A stretch of DNA of 64,000 nucleotides from Vitrella brassicaformis CCMP3155 (lineage: Eukaryota > Protista > Chromerida): positions 186,001 through 250,000 of the forward strand of contig CDMY01000802.1 in assembly GCA_001179505.1 (NCBI GenBank). Reading direction: 5' to 3'. Positions 13,332 to 25,629 of the stretch are shown here, piece by piece. Position 1 is the stretch's first letter; each line of letters opens with the position of its first letter. The notes beneath the pieces are model-generated. The model ran no database searches, had not been told where the DNA came from, and saw only the letters and a list, made by a program, of their open reading frames with translations. Position numbers and translations under genes: made by a program.

Positions 13332-16300
13332 CTATCTAAAGAACGGCCCCGGCTGAGCGGGATACCCAATCGACCCACGACCAGGCCCTGCAGCAGCACC
13401 AGGACCAGCTGCAGGGGCAGGCGCCAGTGGACCGATGAATGACGACGGCCAAGCCATCTGCACAACATACACAACACACACAAGTGCAGTGGGTGGCCTG
13501 GCGTGTGTGAGTGTGTGTGTGTTTGTTCGGCGTACCATGTGTGGGTGTTGTCTGTGCGTGACGAGTGGCGACACGCTGCGGCCCATGGCATGGGGCGGCA
13601 GGGACGGCGCTCGCTGCAAAGGACGCCCTGCTGCTGACGGGTGGTGGTGTTGGTGGTGGTGGAAACTACCCTGGTGGCCGGGATGGTGATGAGACGTATA
13701 TGACAACGGCACGTGTGTGTACGGCAACCCTACTGACACACACACACACACAGAAGAGCCCTTCACAGAGAGAGAGAGAGAGAGATGCACGTCTTCCCAC
13801 TGACCTGGGTGTGGTTGGTGGATGGCCCCCGCACCGTTGTTCATGTGCTGTTGCTGTGCGATGAACTGGCCCTCTCCGCCAGGATGCTGCTGTGCGTGTG
13901 TGGGCTGCATCAGAGCTCCGAACGGTGCACCACCAGCACCAGCACCAGCAGCAACAACAGGGTAGTGTGCGTGTTGGGCGGGGTGCGGGTGCACAGAGGG
14001 CATCGACATGTGTGGCGGAGGGGGCGGAGGGGCGCTGATGCGGCTGCTAGAGGGGGCACTCGCCTGACAGCACCAGACACACACATACGAACATGGCAAC
14101 AGGTGAATCCGTCCATCTGTGCGTTCTCCCGGTGTGTGTGCCCACCTGGTCTTCCGGCTGTCTGTTGGTCGGGTGTGTGTGTTGTCTGTCCTCCTTGGTG
14201 GGTGGCGGGGAGCCGATCGTCGTGTCATTCAACGATGGCACCGGAGACCTGCAGGCAACGCAACGCAACGCATCCATGGTGGCGTCATGCACCCACTCGT
14301 CCCTCCGTGTGTGACGTGTGTTACCCCTCGAAGCCCATCCCTTTGGCATGTCTGGGGGGCTGCTCCGCCAGGTCCCTCCTGCCGCTGCTGCTGGTGTCCC
14401 TCCTACTACCGTCGCCACCACTACTGTTGTTGTCGTATGGGTCGTCCAGCGGCACCTTCCTGCGCAAGATCCGGCTGCTGCTGCTCGATACTAAGTCGCT
14501 ATCACTGCACACACACAGACAGAAACAGACAGGCAGACAGAGGTGTGTATGCGTGAGCATGGCGGTTGGGGTCGTGTGTGCATCATCATCGCATTACCTA
14601 TCCTTAGTGGCCTCGTCGGTGGCAGTCCTCTTGTCAACCAGACCACACCCTCGCATAGAGGAGCCTACACGACCACCCAACGCACCACCTGCAACATACG
14701 CACAAAAACAAACACACACACATTGCAGCTCTCTCCCTCCTTTCTCTCTATTGCCCCGCTCCCTCACCTTTCTTGGCTTTGCTGTCCCTCTGTAGGTCCT
14801 CCTGTTGTTTATTGTATGCCGCCACCCATCCCGCCAGCGACCGGAGCGGGGCGAACAGAGGCGACAGTGACAGCGGGGGAGAGGGGGGCGCCTCGGAGAG
14901 GGAGAAACGACCCTTCTGTGCACGGCATGTAATACATACCGACAAATAGATGGGGCGACATGTGTGTGATGTGGGATGGGTGGGTGTTTGGGTTGGGTTA
15001 CCAGTATTGGTTTGAGTATGGTGTACAGTTCTCGGTGTTCCGATAGGCAGACCGTCAGCAGCTCTGACGACTCGTCACTCGCTATCTGCGGACATACAGA
15101 CATACAGACATGCAGACCACGCATGGTGCGTGCGTACGAGCTTGTGCGACCTGTTTCTCTAGCTCGGCGATCCTCCTCTCCTTCTCTTGCAGCGACAACA
15201 GGGCAGCCTGCACACACACACGGCCATGCATGGCCTCCAGCGCACCTTTCCCTCCGCCCTTTTCCCACCTGTAGTTTGAGCTGCACGTTGGTAAGCTGTT
15301 TGGTCCTGCTCTCCAGCATGGCCCGCGCAGCGTCGTACTCCCACTCCCTCTCCCTCTCCTTGCTGCTCACACTGCCAACCCTCGCCGTCATGCAGGGGGC
15401 TCGCTCACGCTGCTCACGCTCATGTTGGTGCTGCCGCTCACCCTCGACACCCATTTCCTCTCCCAGCCCCTCTCCGTGGTCATTTTCGTCCTCCTCTTCG
15501 CTGGGTGTTTCTTCCTGTATGGGTGGGTTGACGTGCATCGGCCTCTCTGATGGTGGCATCAGCAGGGGACTCAGGGGGGCCTGGGGCGGGGGTAGAAGGG
15601 GCTGACTGGTGGCCGTGTCGGTGTCCTCTTCTGGCTGCTGCTGGTCTTGGTCTTGGTATTGGTCCTGGTATTGGTCGTCTGTCGGTTCTTGCTCATCGGT
15701 GGTGGTGGTGGTCTCTCTGACGACCGGCTGTTCTGCGATCAGTGGCTCGCCAAACGGCACAGGAACGACTGCAGACAAAGACAGACAGGGAGAGACCATC
15801 ACGTGCACCGACGCATCAAGGAACCAGATGGAACAGAACGTACCTGTTTCGGCATCGTCATTTTCCCCGCCACCACTCTCGTCATGCTCTTCCTCTCCCT
15901 CTCCCTCCCCCTCCCCCTCCCCCATGCCGACCGGAGGGTTGGGTGACTCCTCCATGAACCGCTGCGTGTCGCCATCCAGCCGGAAGAACGACTGCACGGG
16001 GCTGTCGTGCGGGTCGTTGTTGCCCGGCGACTCCCCCTGCAACGTCACTGTGTGGGGCGGGGGCGTGGCTTGGGGGGCGGTCGGCTGTATGGCGCCCAGG
16101 AGGGTGGGAATGTCGTCTGGGAGATAGCCTGACAGAAAGAAAGGACACAGAGAGAGTGGCGCGTTTGTGTGTGTGGGGGGGGAGGGGAGGGGAGGTGTAC
16201 CTGTGAGTCGGTACATGAGGTCGGCCGTCTTCTGCATGAGGGCGTCGGGGAGGCCGTCCACCACTGAGGCCGAGCCAACACCAATACTGCTACTGCTGCT

Positions 16301-17559
16301 GCTGCTGTTGTTCCTCTTGGCCTCGATAAGGCCCTCCAGCTCCTGACGGGATGACTCCAGCTGCACACACACACACACCCACACACACACAAAGGTCCAT
16401 AGTCACGCATAGGAGCACGTGTGTGGCATACCTCTTCCCACAGGTCGATAAGTTTGCCCGACTGCACCGATGGCGACGGCTCGGGCTGATTGATCACCTG
16501 CACACACAGGCCAACACACACATACGCAGAGGCCAATACATAGCCGACCCACACACAGCATGCCCATCGACCATGAGTACCTTTCTACATGTGGCTGCGA
16601 ACCGCAGCGCGCCCGTCATCTCGTGACTCTTCTCTGCGTGTGTGTCCAGGTGGGCCAGCACCAGGGTGCGCGACGTGCCGCCGATGCTGTCCTGCAACAG
16701 ACGGGTCAGCAAAGACGACCTGCACACGCACAGACACACATGAACGAACGAGAAAGTCCATGTGTGTTGCGTGCGTGCGTGGTTTGGCGTGCAGATGCGC
16801 ACTTGTAAGGGACGTGCATGCGCGCGGCCACAGCATTGACGACATCGCTGAGTGCCAGGAGGGACGCGTCGGTGCTGCGATGGATACCCTGGGTGGCGAC
16901 CGCACCGACACGGACAGGCGCCCGTGTTGATGTGGTGTGCCTGTGCCTGTGGCTGTCTGCGTGTATGTGCCACATGCCTGTGAGTGTTGCGCTGAAGGTG
17001 TGAGCCCCACTAGGTCGACGAATGTCATCCGAGAGGTCCGCAGAGAGCGGCACGGCAGCGAACGGGGCACAACTGAAGGCGCAAAGGAACGAGCAATTGA
17101 TGCATCAATGGGCATGGGTACTGTAGCCGTGTGCGTCTTCCTCACCGCAGAGCGATTTGTTCTCGTGTGTGCTAGTGGTGTGCTGGTCGCCAGAAGGGGG
17201 TCGGTCGAACGCCTCAACCAGTATGGACACCACCGTGTGGTACCGACTCTCTACCCCACTGCTGGCCTGCACACACGACACACACCCATGTGTGCAGCGC
17301 GTCCAGCAACCCCCCGTGCGCACCCACTCACCCTCTTGGCCTTGCCCCTGTGGACGAACTCCCGCATATTCTCACCTGCGAGCTTCATCATATCCCTGCA
17401 CACACACACACACATGCGTGTATGATGGTGCTGGTCGGTCCATTCATCCATTCGTGCATCACTTGAGGTGTGCGGGGTCTGAGGCCTCGACCAGTGTGAT
17501 GCCCTCCACATACACACCGCCGTCATTCTCGTCGCCACGCAGCGTCAGCGGCAGACAAC

Positions 17560-17592
<33 letters not shown>

Positions 17593-18263
17593 GCACAGAA
17601 AGCCGATCCGGAACAGACACATCCACCAACACACCCCTTTGTGCATCAAAGGCAAGGGCGTCATCCATTCACCTGCAGTGGGTCTACGATGCTATCCCCG
17701 TCGATGAGCAGCACAGATCCGTGGACCAGGTACATGTTGGAGCTGTCACGCTCACGCTGCTCCCTCGCCACACCAAACAGACCATCGACAGCGCACTCAA
17801 CCACACCTGCAAAACGGTCCCAACCTGCAATCATGGCACACGACAGACAGAAAACAAGCTGTGGATCTGCCCATGACTCCGGTCCGGTGCCACTCCATAA
17901 GTACCCATCATGGTGGCGGTTTTGCCGCTGCTGGCGTTGCCGTGTGTGAGGACGGTGCAGTTGAGGCCCTCCAACACTGCCGACTCAACCAAGGGATGGA
18001 CCACATCGCTGCACACAACACAACCACACGGGAGATCTCGCGTCCACGAGAGGAGAAAAGGGCTGCATTCCTCTCTTCTCTTCTCACCCATAGATCTGGT
18101 CGGTCCTGGCGTCCTGCTCGTATATTCTGTCGAACTGGAAGTTCTGCTTGCCCACATTGATGCGATTCGTAGGCAGGGAGAGGGTGAAGGAGGGAGAGCG
18201 CGGCAAGGGGCCAGGGGAGAGCCGCAGGACAGACAATATGGGCTCGGGAGGCTGTCGACGCAT
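13332..18263 (-). CDS. Divergent kinesin-like protein: N-terminal motor, acidic/Pro-rich and His/Gln-rich tail; many introns
   Basis: FQFDRIYEQDARTDQIY, GLNCTVLTHGNASSGKTATMMG (P-loop), VYVEGIT, SRYH, FVDLVG, HVPYK|SSLLTRLLQDSIGGTSRTLVLAHL, ALRFAATCRKV occur in kinesin motif order. Confidence 0.8.
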
Positions 18264-18339
18264 CGTCTCAACCGGGATTCGCTGCGTCCGTTTACGAGCA
18301 GAAATAATAGTACAGAAACGCTATTTGGTTGTGGCGGGA
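18264..18339. promoter_or_regulatory. Candidate compact bidirectional promoter between the kinesin-like and protease genes
   Basis: Only 76 bp separate the inferred divergent ATGs (18263 minus, 18340 plus). Contains an AT-rich patch (gaaataatagtacagaaa). Confidence 0.45.
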
Positions 18340-20327
18340 ATGTGGGCCTTTCTCTCTTACTGCTGCCGCCTTCTCGCCCTTCTTCTCCTGTCGGCAGCTG
18401 TGGGAGAGTGCGGGAAATGGAATCCGGCAACCAAGATCGATGTGGAGCACATGTGCAACTGCCAGACGTTTTCCACCCGGAAGTGGGTGATGGAGCGGGA
18501 CGACTGGCCGGAGGGCACCGCCGGATGGCTCCTCAGTAAGGACAAACGGGTCTGTGGCAGCGACCTCAACACATACGCCGGGCCATGGTGGGTGAGAGAG
18601 AAACTCAGAACCGAGAAACTGTTCCGTATCGTATCGTTGTGGTGCGTGTCAGCTTGGCATTGTGCCAGGGGACGTCCATCCGTTACCGCGGGTCGTGCCC
18701 CACCACTGACCCGAAGGCGCACAGCATATCAGAGAAGCGCGACTTCAGCGCGCCCAGCCACGTGGCCATGGGAGGCCTCGACAGGGTTACCCCCGAGCAC
18801 GTTAACCGGTTTAAGAAGAGCGGATACGTCTATGTCGGCAGAATGAAGGCCGTACCTATCACGTGAGCCTGGTAGACAGACAGACAGACAGACAGGGGAA
18901 GAACGCACACCCATGCAGGTGTGTGTGTGTGTGTGTGTGGCGTAGGAAGACGGCCATGCCCAAGCCGTATCTTGACCACGATCTGATCGTCAAGAACGGC
19001 AAAACCAACGTCACCTTCCCCGCCCCCAAGGATGACAGGCCCTACAAGTTCGTCCGCCTGCTCGCCAACGGTGACACGTTCGTCATGAAGCACCCCCTGA
19101 CCGAGCAAGAAATCGACGCGAAGCTCGAGAAGGCCGGCATCCTGCGCGGCACCACAGCCAACGCCAAGACGAGACGAGCAGGGAAAGGGGGCCGGTCGAT
19201 TCGTGACAACAAGGAGGATCAGCAGATGAGCGAGAAGCCGGGCGTCTTTGGGCCCCCACTGCAACCGAAATGTATGTTCTGCTGTGGGGAGGACGACCGG
19301 CAGCTGGTGGACGACACGCGGAGCTTCCCGTCGAGCGCCACGGGGTACTTTGATGTGGGGTGCACCTGCCAGATGATATCAGGTCGGTGTACGAGTATCC
19401 CCAGACACACCTTCCAATCCGTGTGTGTGTGAGTGTGTGTGTGTGTGTGTGTGCAGAGAATGCAGCCATCTCCGCTGCTCACTGCGTGACGGGCGACTTC
19501 GGCGTCATGCAGGTGACTGACTGGACACAAACACACACACACACACACACAGGTTCATCTGCACATTCCCTTCGTGTCTTGCTATGTCAGTTCGGCAAGG
19601 CTGTTATGGGCATGGACACAATGCACCACCGGGAGCCCTTTGGCGAGGCCGACATAGAGTTCGCCATGGTCGACGTGGCCTGGTTCAACGACGCAAGCGT
19701 AGCGACCAGCGGGGTGAGCGGATTGATGCCGCACGACAAATGGATGGAGAGGCTCCTGGGTGTATGTCATGTGATGTGGTGCTTGTAGGGCATGGATTTC
19801 TCTGTGCTGAAGCTGAAGAACTACGAGGGGCAGCAGACGGGTTTCTACGGCATCGCTGACCCTGAAAACTGCAAGTCGGGAAGCTTCAACACCGACCTGG
19901 GTGGATACCCTGCTGGTCAGTGTCTGTCAGCCATTGAATGAAAGGCACACACAGGTCCGTGCGCACATACGTGTGTGTGTTGTGACGTGACTCAGATATG
20001 CAGAACTACCCCACGCAGTATGTGCACAAGGGGTGTGCCCTCCCCGGCAACTGCAACGAGCTATACCCATCCACACTATGCGACGCATACCGTAGGGACG
20101 CCACAAACCAAACAAATCACCGACACACTCAGCCCCGACACCGCTGCATCTGTTCTGTGTGTGCAGCTGGCAACAGTGGCAGTGCCCATCTGACGTCGGG
20201 TGACCATGTGGTTCGCGGCATCTTGTCCAGCGGGAACTGTGCATACAACTACTCGTGCAACATCGGCGGCAGGAACGCCAGGAGCGTCCTGTACCTCAGA
20301 TATGAAATCGGAGAGGGAGACGACTGA
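18340..20327 (+). CDS. Secreted chymotrypsin-fold (S1) serine protease, glutamyl-endopeptidase/PRSS23-like, with a long pro-region
   Basis: Signal peptide MWAFLSYCCRLLALLLLSAAVGECG. After splicing: CTCQMISENAAISAAHCV (His), GMDFSVLKL (Asp), GYPAG, CDAY-AGNSGS (Ser). The full triad is present. Confidence 0.8.
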
Positions 20328-20939
20328 CCGGCCGGCAGACAGGCAGACAGGCAGACAGGCAGGGGGGGCAGGGAAGTGGTTTGGTGTGCTTACTTGTTAG
20401 TGGGTTTGTCAGGAGTGCGCCGTACTTCTGCTCGTGCGCATGCGCAGAAACATCCTACCTCGACGGCCAATCATTCATTTGTGCCCTCGCTAGTGTGTGT
20501 CTCGTATTTCTCTCCAACGTATATGTGTGTGTGTGTGTGTGTATATATGTATTCGCTCCCACTAGCTTTTCGTAGGCGGGGCCATTGGTGTATTTGTTTG
20601 TGCAGTGGATTGCGCAAGTAGCTAGCAGTTTCTCTCTCTGTATGTGTTGCGTCTGTTCTGCATACACCGACCTTCATGTGTGGGAATTTTGCTGACTCCG
20701 TGTGGATCGACGGATCCCATTGATCTAACCCCGACACGTGTCCATGAATGCGTCACGAATGTCACCACGGAGGATACAAATCACGTCTCGGGCAAATATA
20801 AAATGTACGCCGCGATTCCTCCCTTCCTCCTTGCACTGACCAGACACCACGGGGTGACGGCGATGTGTCTGCACTTCATGTCTCCGTCACATATAAAATG
20901 TAGACAACGATTGGCCATTTGCCAACCTGAGCACCGAGG

Positions 20940-21500
20940 AGAAGTAGAAAGGAAACGGAGAAGTCCTGTGAATCACTGGTGGAGAAGCGGAGCGCTTACC
21001 TTCTTCTCGGGGCAAAATTAGGTGTTCAATGAGGTAACTTCTTGTCTCCGGACGCTCTGAAGGCAAAGCGGGTGCAGACAAGTAAAGCCAACCATGCACG
21101 GTCGCTTACGGAGGCTTCGCTCCTTCCCGTGGCTGTTCCACATCCGCGCCTGGCCCGCCAGTTGCGTCTTGAGCCGGTCCGAGTTCACCTTTTCTCCCTT
21201 CTGTTTCTTGATGTTCTCCCCGAATGCTTCCAAGAACTCCTCAGGCCGTGGCAGCCGGCCGCCCTGTGCCCTGTGTGTGCATCAATGGAATGGAACATGA
21301 CGTCGGCTTTGTATCGCTTACCCCCCCTCTTGTTGGCCCGCTGGCCCTTCGTGTTTTTCTTGAGTGGTTGTGCTGCACACACACACACACACACACGCAC
21401 ACACACACACACAAAACATCGGTGTAGAAAGAAGCGATGATGCCTCGGCTTACCCTCCTTGAAAGCCGAGAAAGGCACCTGACTGTGTACATGTTTTCCG
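20940..21500 (+). repeat. ~560-bp direct repeat, copy 1 (copy 2 at ~24490-25050); 3' ends of the two kinase pseudogenes
   Basis: Near-identical runs such as gaaaggaaacggagaagtcctgtgaatcac and gcgtcttgagccggtccgagttcaccttttctcccttctgtttcttgatgttctccccgaatgcttccaagaactcctcaggccgtggcagccggccgccc occur at both sites. Confidence 0.9.
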
Positions 21501-23316
21501 AGTTTCAACCTGAATCGACAGCAATGACACACGGCGATGGTGTGATTTGCATTGCTCCCCTAGACTGGGTGTCGATTGCATGCCCTTTTCTTCAAAGTCC
21601 CGATCGTTGCCTCAGGCTGAGCTGCCTGCTCCCTCTAGGGCCAACAGCAGAAGAGACACAAGAGTACTAAGCGACTGAGTGAGCGGGGATAATGAATGGT
21701 TTGTTGACGTCGCTGCTCACCTTGTCTGCCACGATCGTGTCAATCTTGGGTGGCGGCTTTCCTGTGAACCATGGATGATTCAGGGCTGTGTCGGCTGCGT
21801 TTGCGCACAACAGGACAAGACAAGACAAAACAAGATGGAATCTGATGCCGTCGGTATCTGACCCATTGGCCTTTTGCTTGGATCATGGGATCGAAGTATG
21901 GCCCCTGAAAGCGAGAACTGACTGACGACTCGTCCAACCTTTTTCAGTATTCTTCGCCTCTCCGAATATAGCAGCTCATTGCCGATGTCAAAGGGAAACT
22001 CCCCATAGATGATGGTGAATCTGCGAAAGGAAGAAGGTGCGAAAATGGAACCAAACGAGGAGTTCTTATACGACCTCATTCCTCACAGGATCACACCGAC
22101 GGCAAACATGTCAGACGCCTTGCTGTACTCGTGAGCATAGCACTCGGGGGCCTGCAGCATAAAGTGCGTTTGCGTCGTGAACGTATCTCTTTGCCAGTCT
22201 GTTTGATTGTGCCTTTGCCTCTTCTATGTGCCATGTAATACGAGGTGCCGGGACAAATAATCCCATTCATGTCGGGCTTGTAGGTTGTCGGGCTTGAAAT
22301 CTCTGTGCACCAGCTGCACACAGAATGCACACAGGTGGAGAACGTCCCCAGGCCTATGTGGACGTGTACATACGCAGAGAGAGAGAGAGAGAGAGACATG
22401 TACATGTGTTTGTCCCTTATTTACCGAGCATATCTGCGGCGGCCGTGCGAGGTTGCAGGTTCCCAGGCTGAACGTGCACAGGGAGTATGCTCGTATGCAG
22501 CTGTTTCTGTTGCTGCTGCCCCGCAGCCGCAAACCATAGATGCTTCAGTGCATCCTCCGCTGCATGTGTGGTGAGTGATATGTAGATCGGCACAGACGTA
22601 CTCACCGAATGGGCGGAGACGGGGATCCAAAGCCAACAGGCGGCTGGCGAGATCTATGGCGTCGGTCCACCCGTCGCGAGCGGCGAACTCGGCCCCCTGA
22701 CAGAAGAGTTGTCTGTCTGATCAGATCGACTCTTCCAGAGAACAGACCCGCATTCTATGTACCTGGAAGATCTCTGGAGGTCGATGCCCTTGCACTTCTC
22801 CATCTTGCACTTCTCCATGACGACGTAGAAGTCCTTCTCGTGCTCCAGCAGGTCCAGCAAGCCGATGACGCCGCTGTGGGGCTTCTGGGCGATGATAGTA
22901 TGGACGTCCTTCAGCATGGCACTGAGAAGAAACGAACAAGACAGGCACAGTCTCACTATCTCACCCCCTCTCTGTGTCGAGTCACTCACCACCTGTGTGT
23001 CCAACGAGTGAGTCAAGGTTTCTGGGTTTGTGCACCTGAACAAAAGGAGAGACATGGGGCTTCTCGGTGACGTTCTCGGTGAGGAGTCCCCTGCCGACGT
23101 TGACCGTAGTTGTGGAGCCCTCGCTGCACACCCACAGGATATTCTCTTTGCATATGCGAGTGTATTCTCTCTCTCACCCCCGTACAGACCTGTCACATGC
23201 ACAACGATTAACTCTCTTTCCTGCAGCTCGATACTCCCACGTACCCCGGAAAGCTCGTACAGGGGTTCAACCATCTCGTCGTCACTGAAGGGCAGACAGA
23301 TAGAGGCCACACACAC
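21018..23316 (-). pseudogene. Decayed CAMK/CDPK-like Ser/Thr kinase, copy A
   Basis: HSGVIGLLDLLEHEKDFYVVMEKC, LVHRDFKPDN, GTSYYMA, APECYAHEYSKASDMFAVGVIL, GEFPF, HDPSKRP. Motifs are spread over broken frames and the DFG segment is missing. Confidence 0.7.
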
Positions 23317-24489
23317 GCTTTGGTGGGGACGTTGGGATGTCCCTTTTGCGCACCTGGAAAGGAGAGGGAAATATACAAGCGCCGCGGCTTCTAGTCTCGT
23401 TGCCTACCTTCAAACACACTGCCTCCCCTGTACAAGCGCCCTTCTTCTTCTTGCTGTCAGGGCTTGATGGCTGGAGAGAGACAGACAGACAGACAGACAC
23501 ATCGACAGGCAGCGACTTGAACTTTTTGGTGGTGATGCAGAGTGACCTGCGGGCCGCAGAATTTGTTGAGCTTGTCTTGCATGAGGTGGGGCCACTTCTT
23601 CCCGTATGCTAAGCAGGACAAACATGACATTCTCGATGAAGACGTTTATGTCGTGTCTGTCCTCTTACGCAGGTTGAGTGGCTTCCCTGATTAGCCCACT
23701 TCGTTCTTTCCCCTTGAGACTCCGATTGGAGCCACCCCCGCAGCAGCGTGGTCTTGCCCTTGGCCTGCTGCTGCTGGAGGCGGCTCTGGCCGATGGCCTC
23801 GAGCACCTCTCCAATGGAGGAGCACCAGGCCCTCTTGCCTAGCGACAAAGAAATAGGAAGGGGCGGTGCATTCTCATGTCTTGCTTCGCATCAGTATCCC
23901 ACCTTTCTTCTTCTTGCCGCCCTGCGCCTCGCCTGAACACATACATCATGGCAGACGCCCACAAATACTTTCATGCACACCCCAGCCATGAAACGAAGAC
24001 GAAGTGTACATCAGCTGACCGGTCTGTGAGACAAAGAATGAATGTATACAGGACCATGATGGCGCGTGAATGCTGCCTTTTCATACCCTGCTGGGGTGGG
24101 TCAGCCGGTCCTGGCCCACCCTCTGCAAACACGCATACGCACACACACTCATACGCACAATGGAGACCGTCTTTCTGTCGTTTTCTTCCTCCCTACTCAC
24201 CGTCGTCGCACTCCTCGCCCTCGCCTGAGCGGAACGAAACAAATCAATCACAGCACGACACAATCACGTGCAGTGACAGACAATCAAGGCGCCTACCTCG
24301 AGGTCGGCCGCACATCTGGCACTCGGTGCCATGCGGCGGCGTATAGAAGTCGCCAACGCGACACTTCCAGAAGCCGGGCAAGTTGAGCTACATCAATGAA
24401 TGGCTGCTTATCGACGAAGGCCTCAAATCATTTTTTCATTGATAGTGTCAGGTGAGATTCATTTTTTCTCTTCCTGAAGCAAAGAGAAG

Positions 24490-25050
24490 TGGGAAAGGAA
24501 ACGGAGAAGTCCTGTGAATCACCGGTGGATAAGCGGTGAAGCGCTTACCTTCTTCTCGGGGCAGAATTTCGCCACGAGGCGTTCAATCAATGAAGTCGTT
24601 GTCTCCGAGGGCTCTGAAGGCAAAGCGGGTGCAGACAAGCAAAGCCAACCATGCACGGTCGCTTACGGAGGCTTCCTTCTTTTCCCTGGCTGTCCCACAT
24701 CCGGGCCTGGCCCGCCAGTTGCGTCTTGAGCCGGTCCGAGTTCACCTTTTCTCCCTTCTGTTTCTTGATGTTCTCCCCGAATGCTTCCAAGAACTCCTCA
24801 GGCCGTGGCAGCCGGCCGCCCGGTGCCCTGTGCGTGCATCAATGGAATGGAACATGACGTCGGCTTTGTATCGCTTACCCCCCCTCTTGTTGGCCCGCTG
24901 GCCCTTCGTGTTCTTCTTTAGTGGTTTTTAGTGGTTGTACTGCACAGAAACAAAACCACACACACACACACGCACAAACATCGGTGCAGAAAGAAGCGAT
25001 GAGGCCCCGGCTTACCTTCCTTGAACTCTGAGAAGGGCACCTGACTGTCT
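24490..25050 (+). repeat. ~560-bp direct repeat, copy 2
   Basis: Aligns by eye to 20940-21500 with scattered substitutions and indels. Confidence 0.9.
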
Positions 25051-25386
25051 GCTCTCCGCAGGCCTCCTCTTTCTTTTTGCACCGCCATCCTTCCTCGGCA
25101 GAATCCCCCATCGTCGTCGCTATTGTACTCTGTCTTTAGCACAGCCAGATCAAAATCGATAAGCTTCAGGACGCTCTCGTCATCTTGAAAAATGCAATTC
25201 TCCGCTTTGATGGTCTCGTCTTGTGGCACTCCGTTGGGACTCCAGGAAGGTCATGAGGTTAACGCCTTCGCACTTCTTCATCTCCACATAGAGGTCCTCC
25301 TCGTGACGCCGCTGTGGGGGTTGCCGGCGACGGCCATGTGCACGGCCTCCAGCTGCTTGCTCTGAAATGGGAGAGGCCTCTCCCAC
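24500..25386 (-). pseudogene. Decayed CAMK/CDPK-like kinase, copy B (internally deleted)
   Basis: DLYVEMKKCEGVNLMTFLES and IKAENCIFQDDESVLKLIDFDLA run directly into the shared 3' exon QVPFSEFKEGKP. HRD and APE segments are absent. Confidence 0.65.
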
Positions 25387-25629
25387 GCGGTTCTCCTCGC
25401 CTCCTTAATGACAAACGCGAGAAAAACAAGAAAAACGCGCTTTGAAAATGGGGCCCGTCTCTGGGGCCCGCGGATTCTCGACAGAGGATTTGAATAGATC
25501 TCATCCTCCTCGTCATGCTGTTCCTTCCTGAGCATTTTATGTGGCACAGAACCAACAGCTTCCACCCATATGCACAAGGCAACATCCATGATAAATCCAC
25601 TCGAGTACGTCGCGTGCACATGCATCCTG

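Noticed and set aside
14594-16390. 598-aa ORF as a stand-alone gene
   Set aside because: It reads through several (GT)n-containing introns of the kinesin-like tail; it is not a single exon.
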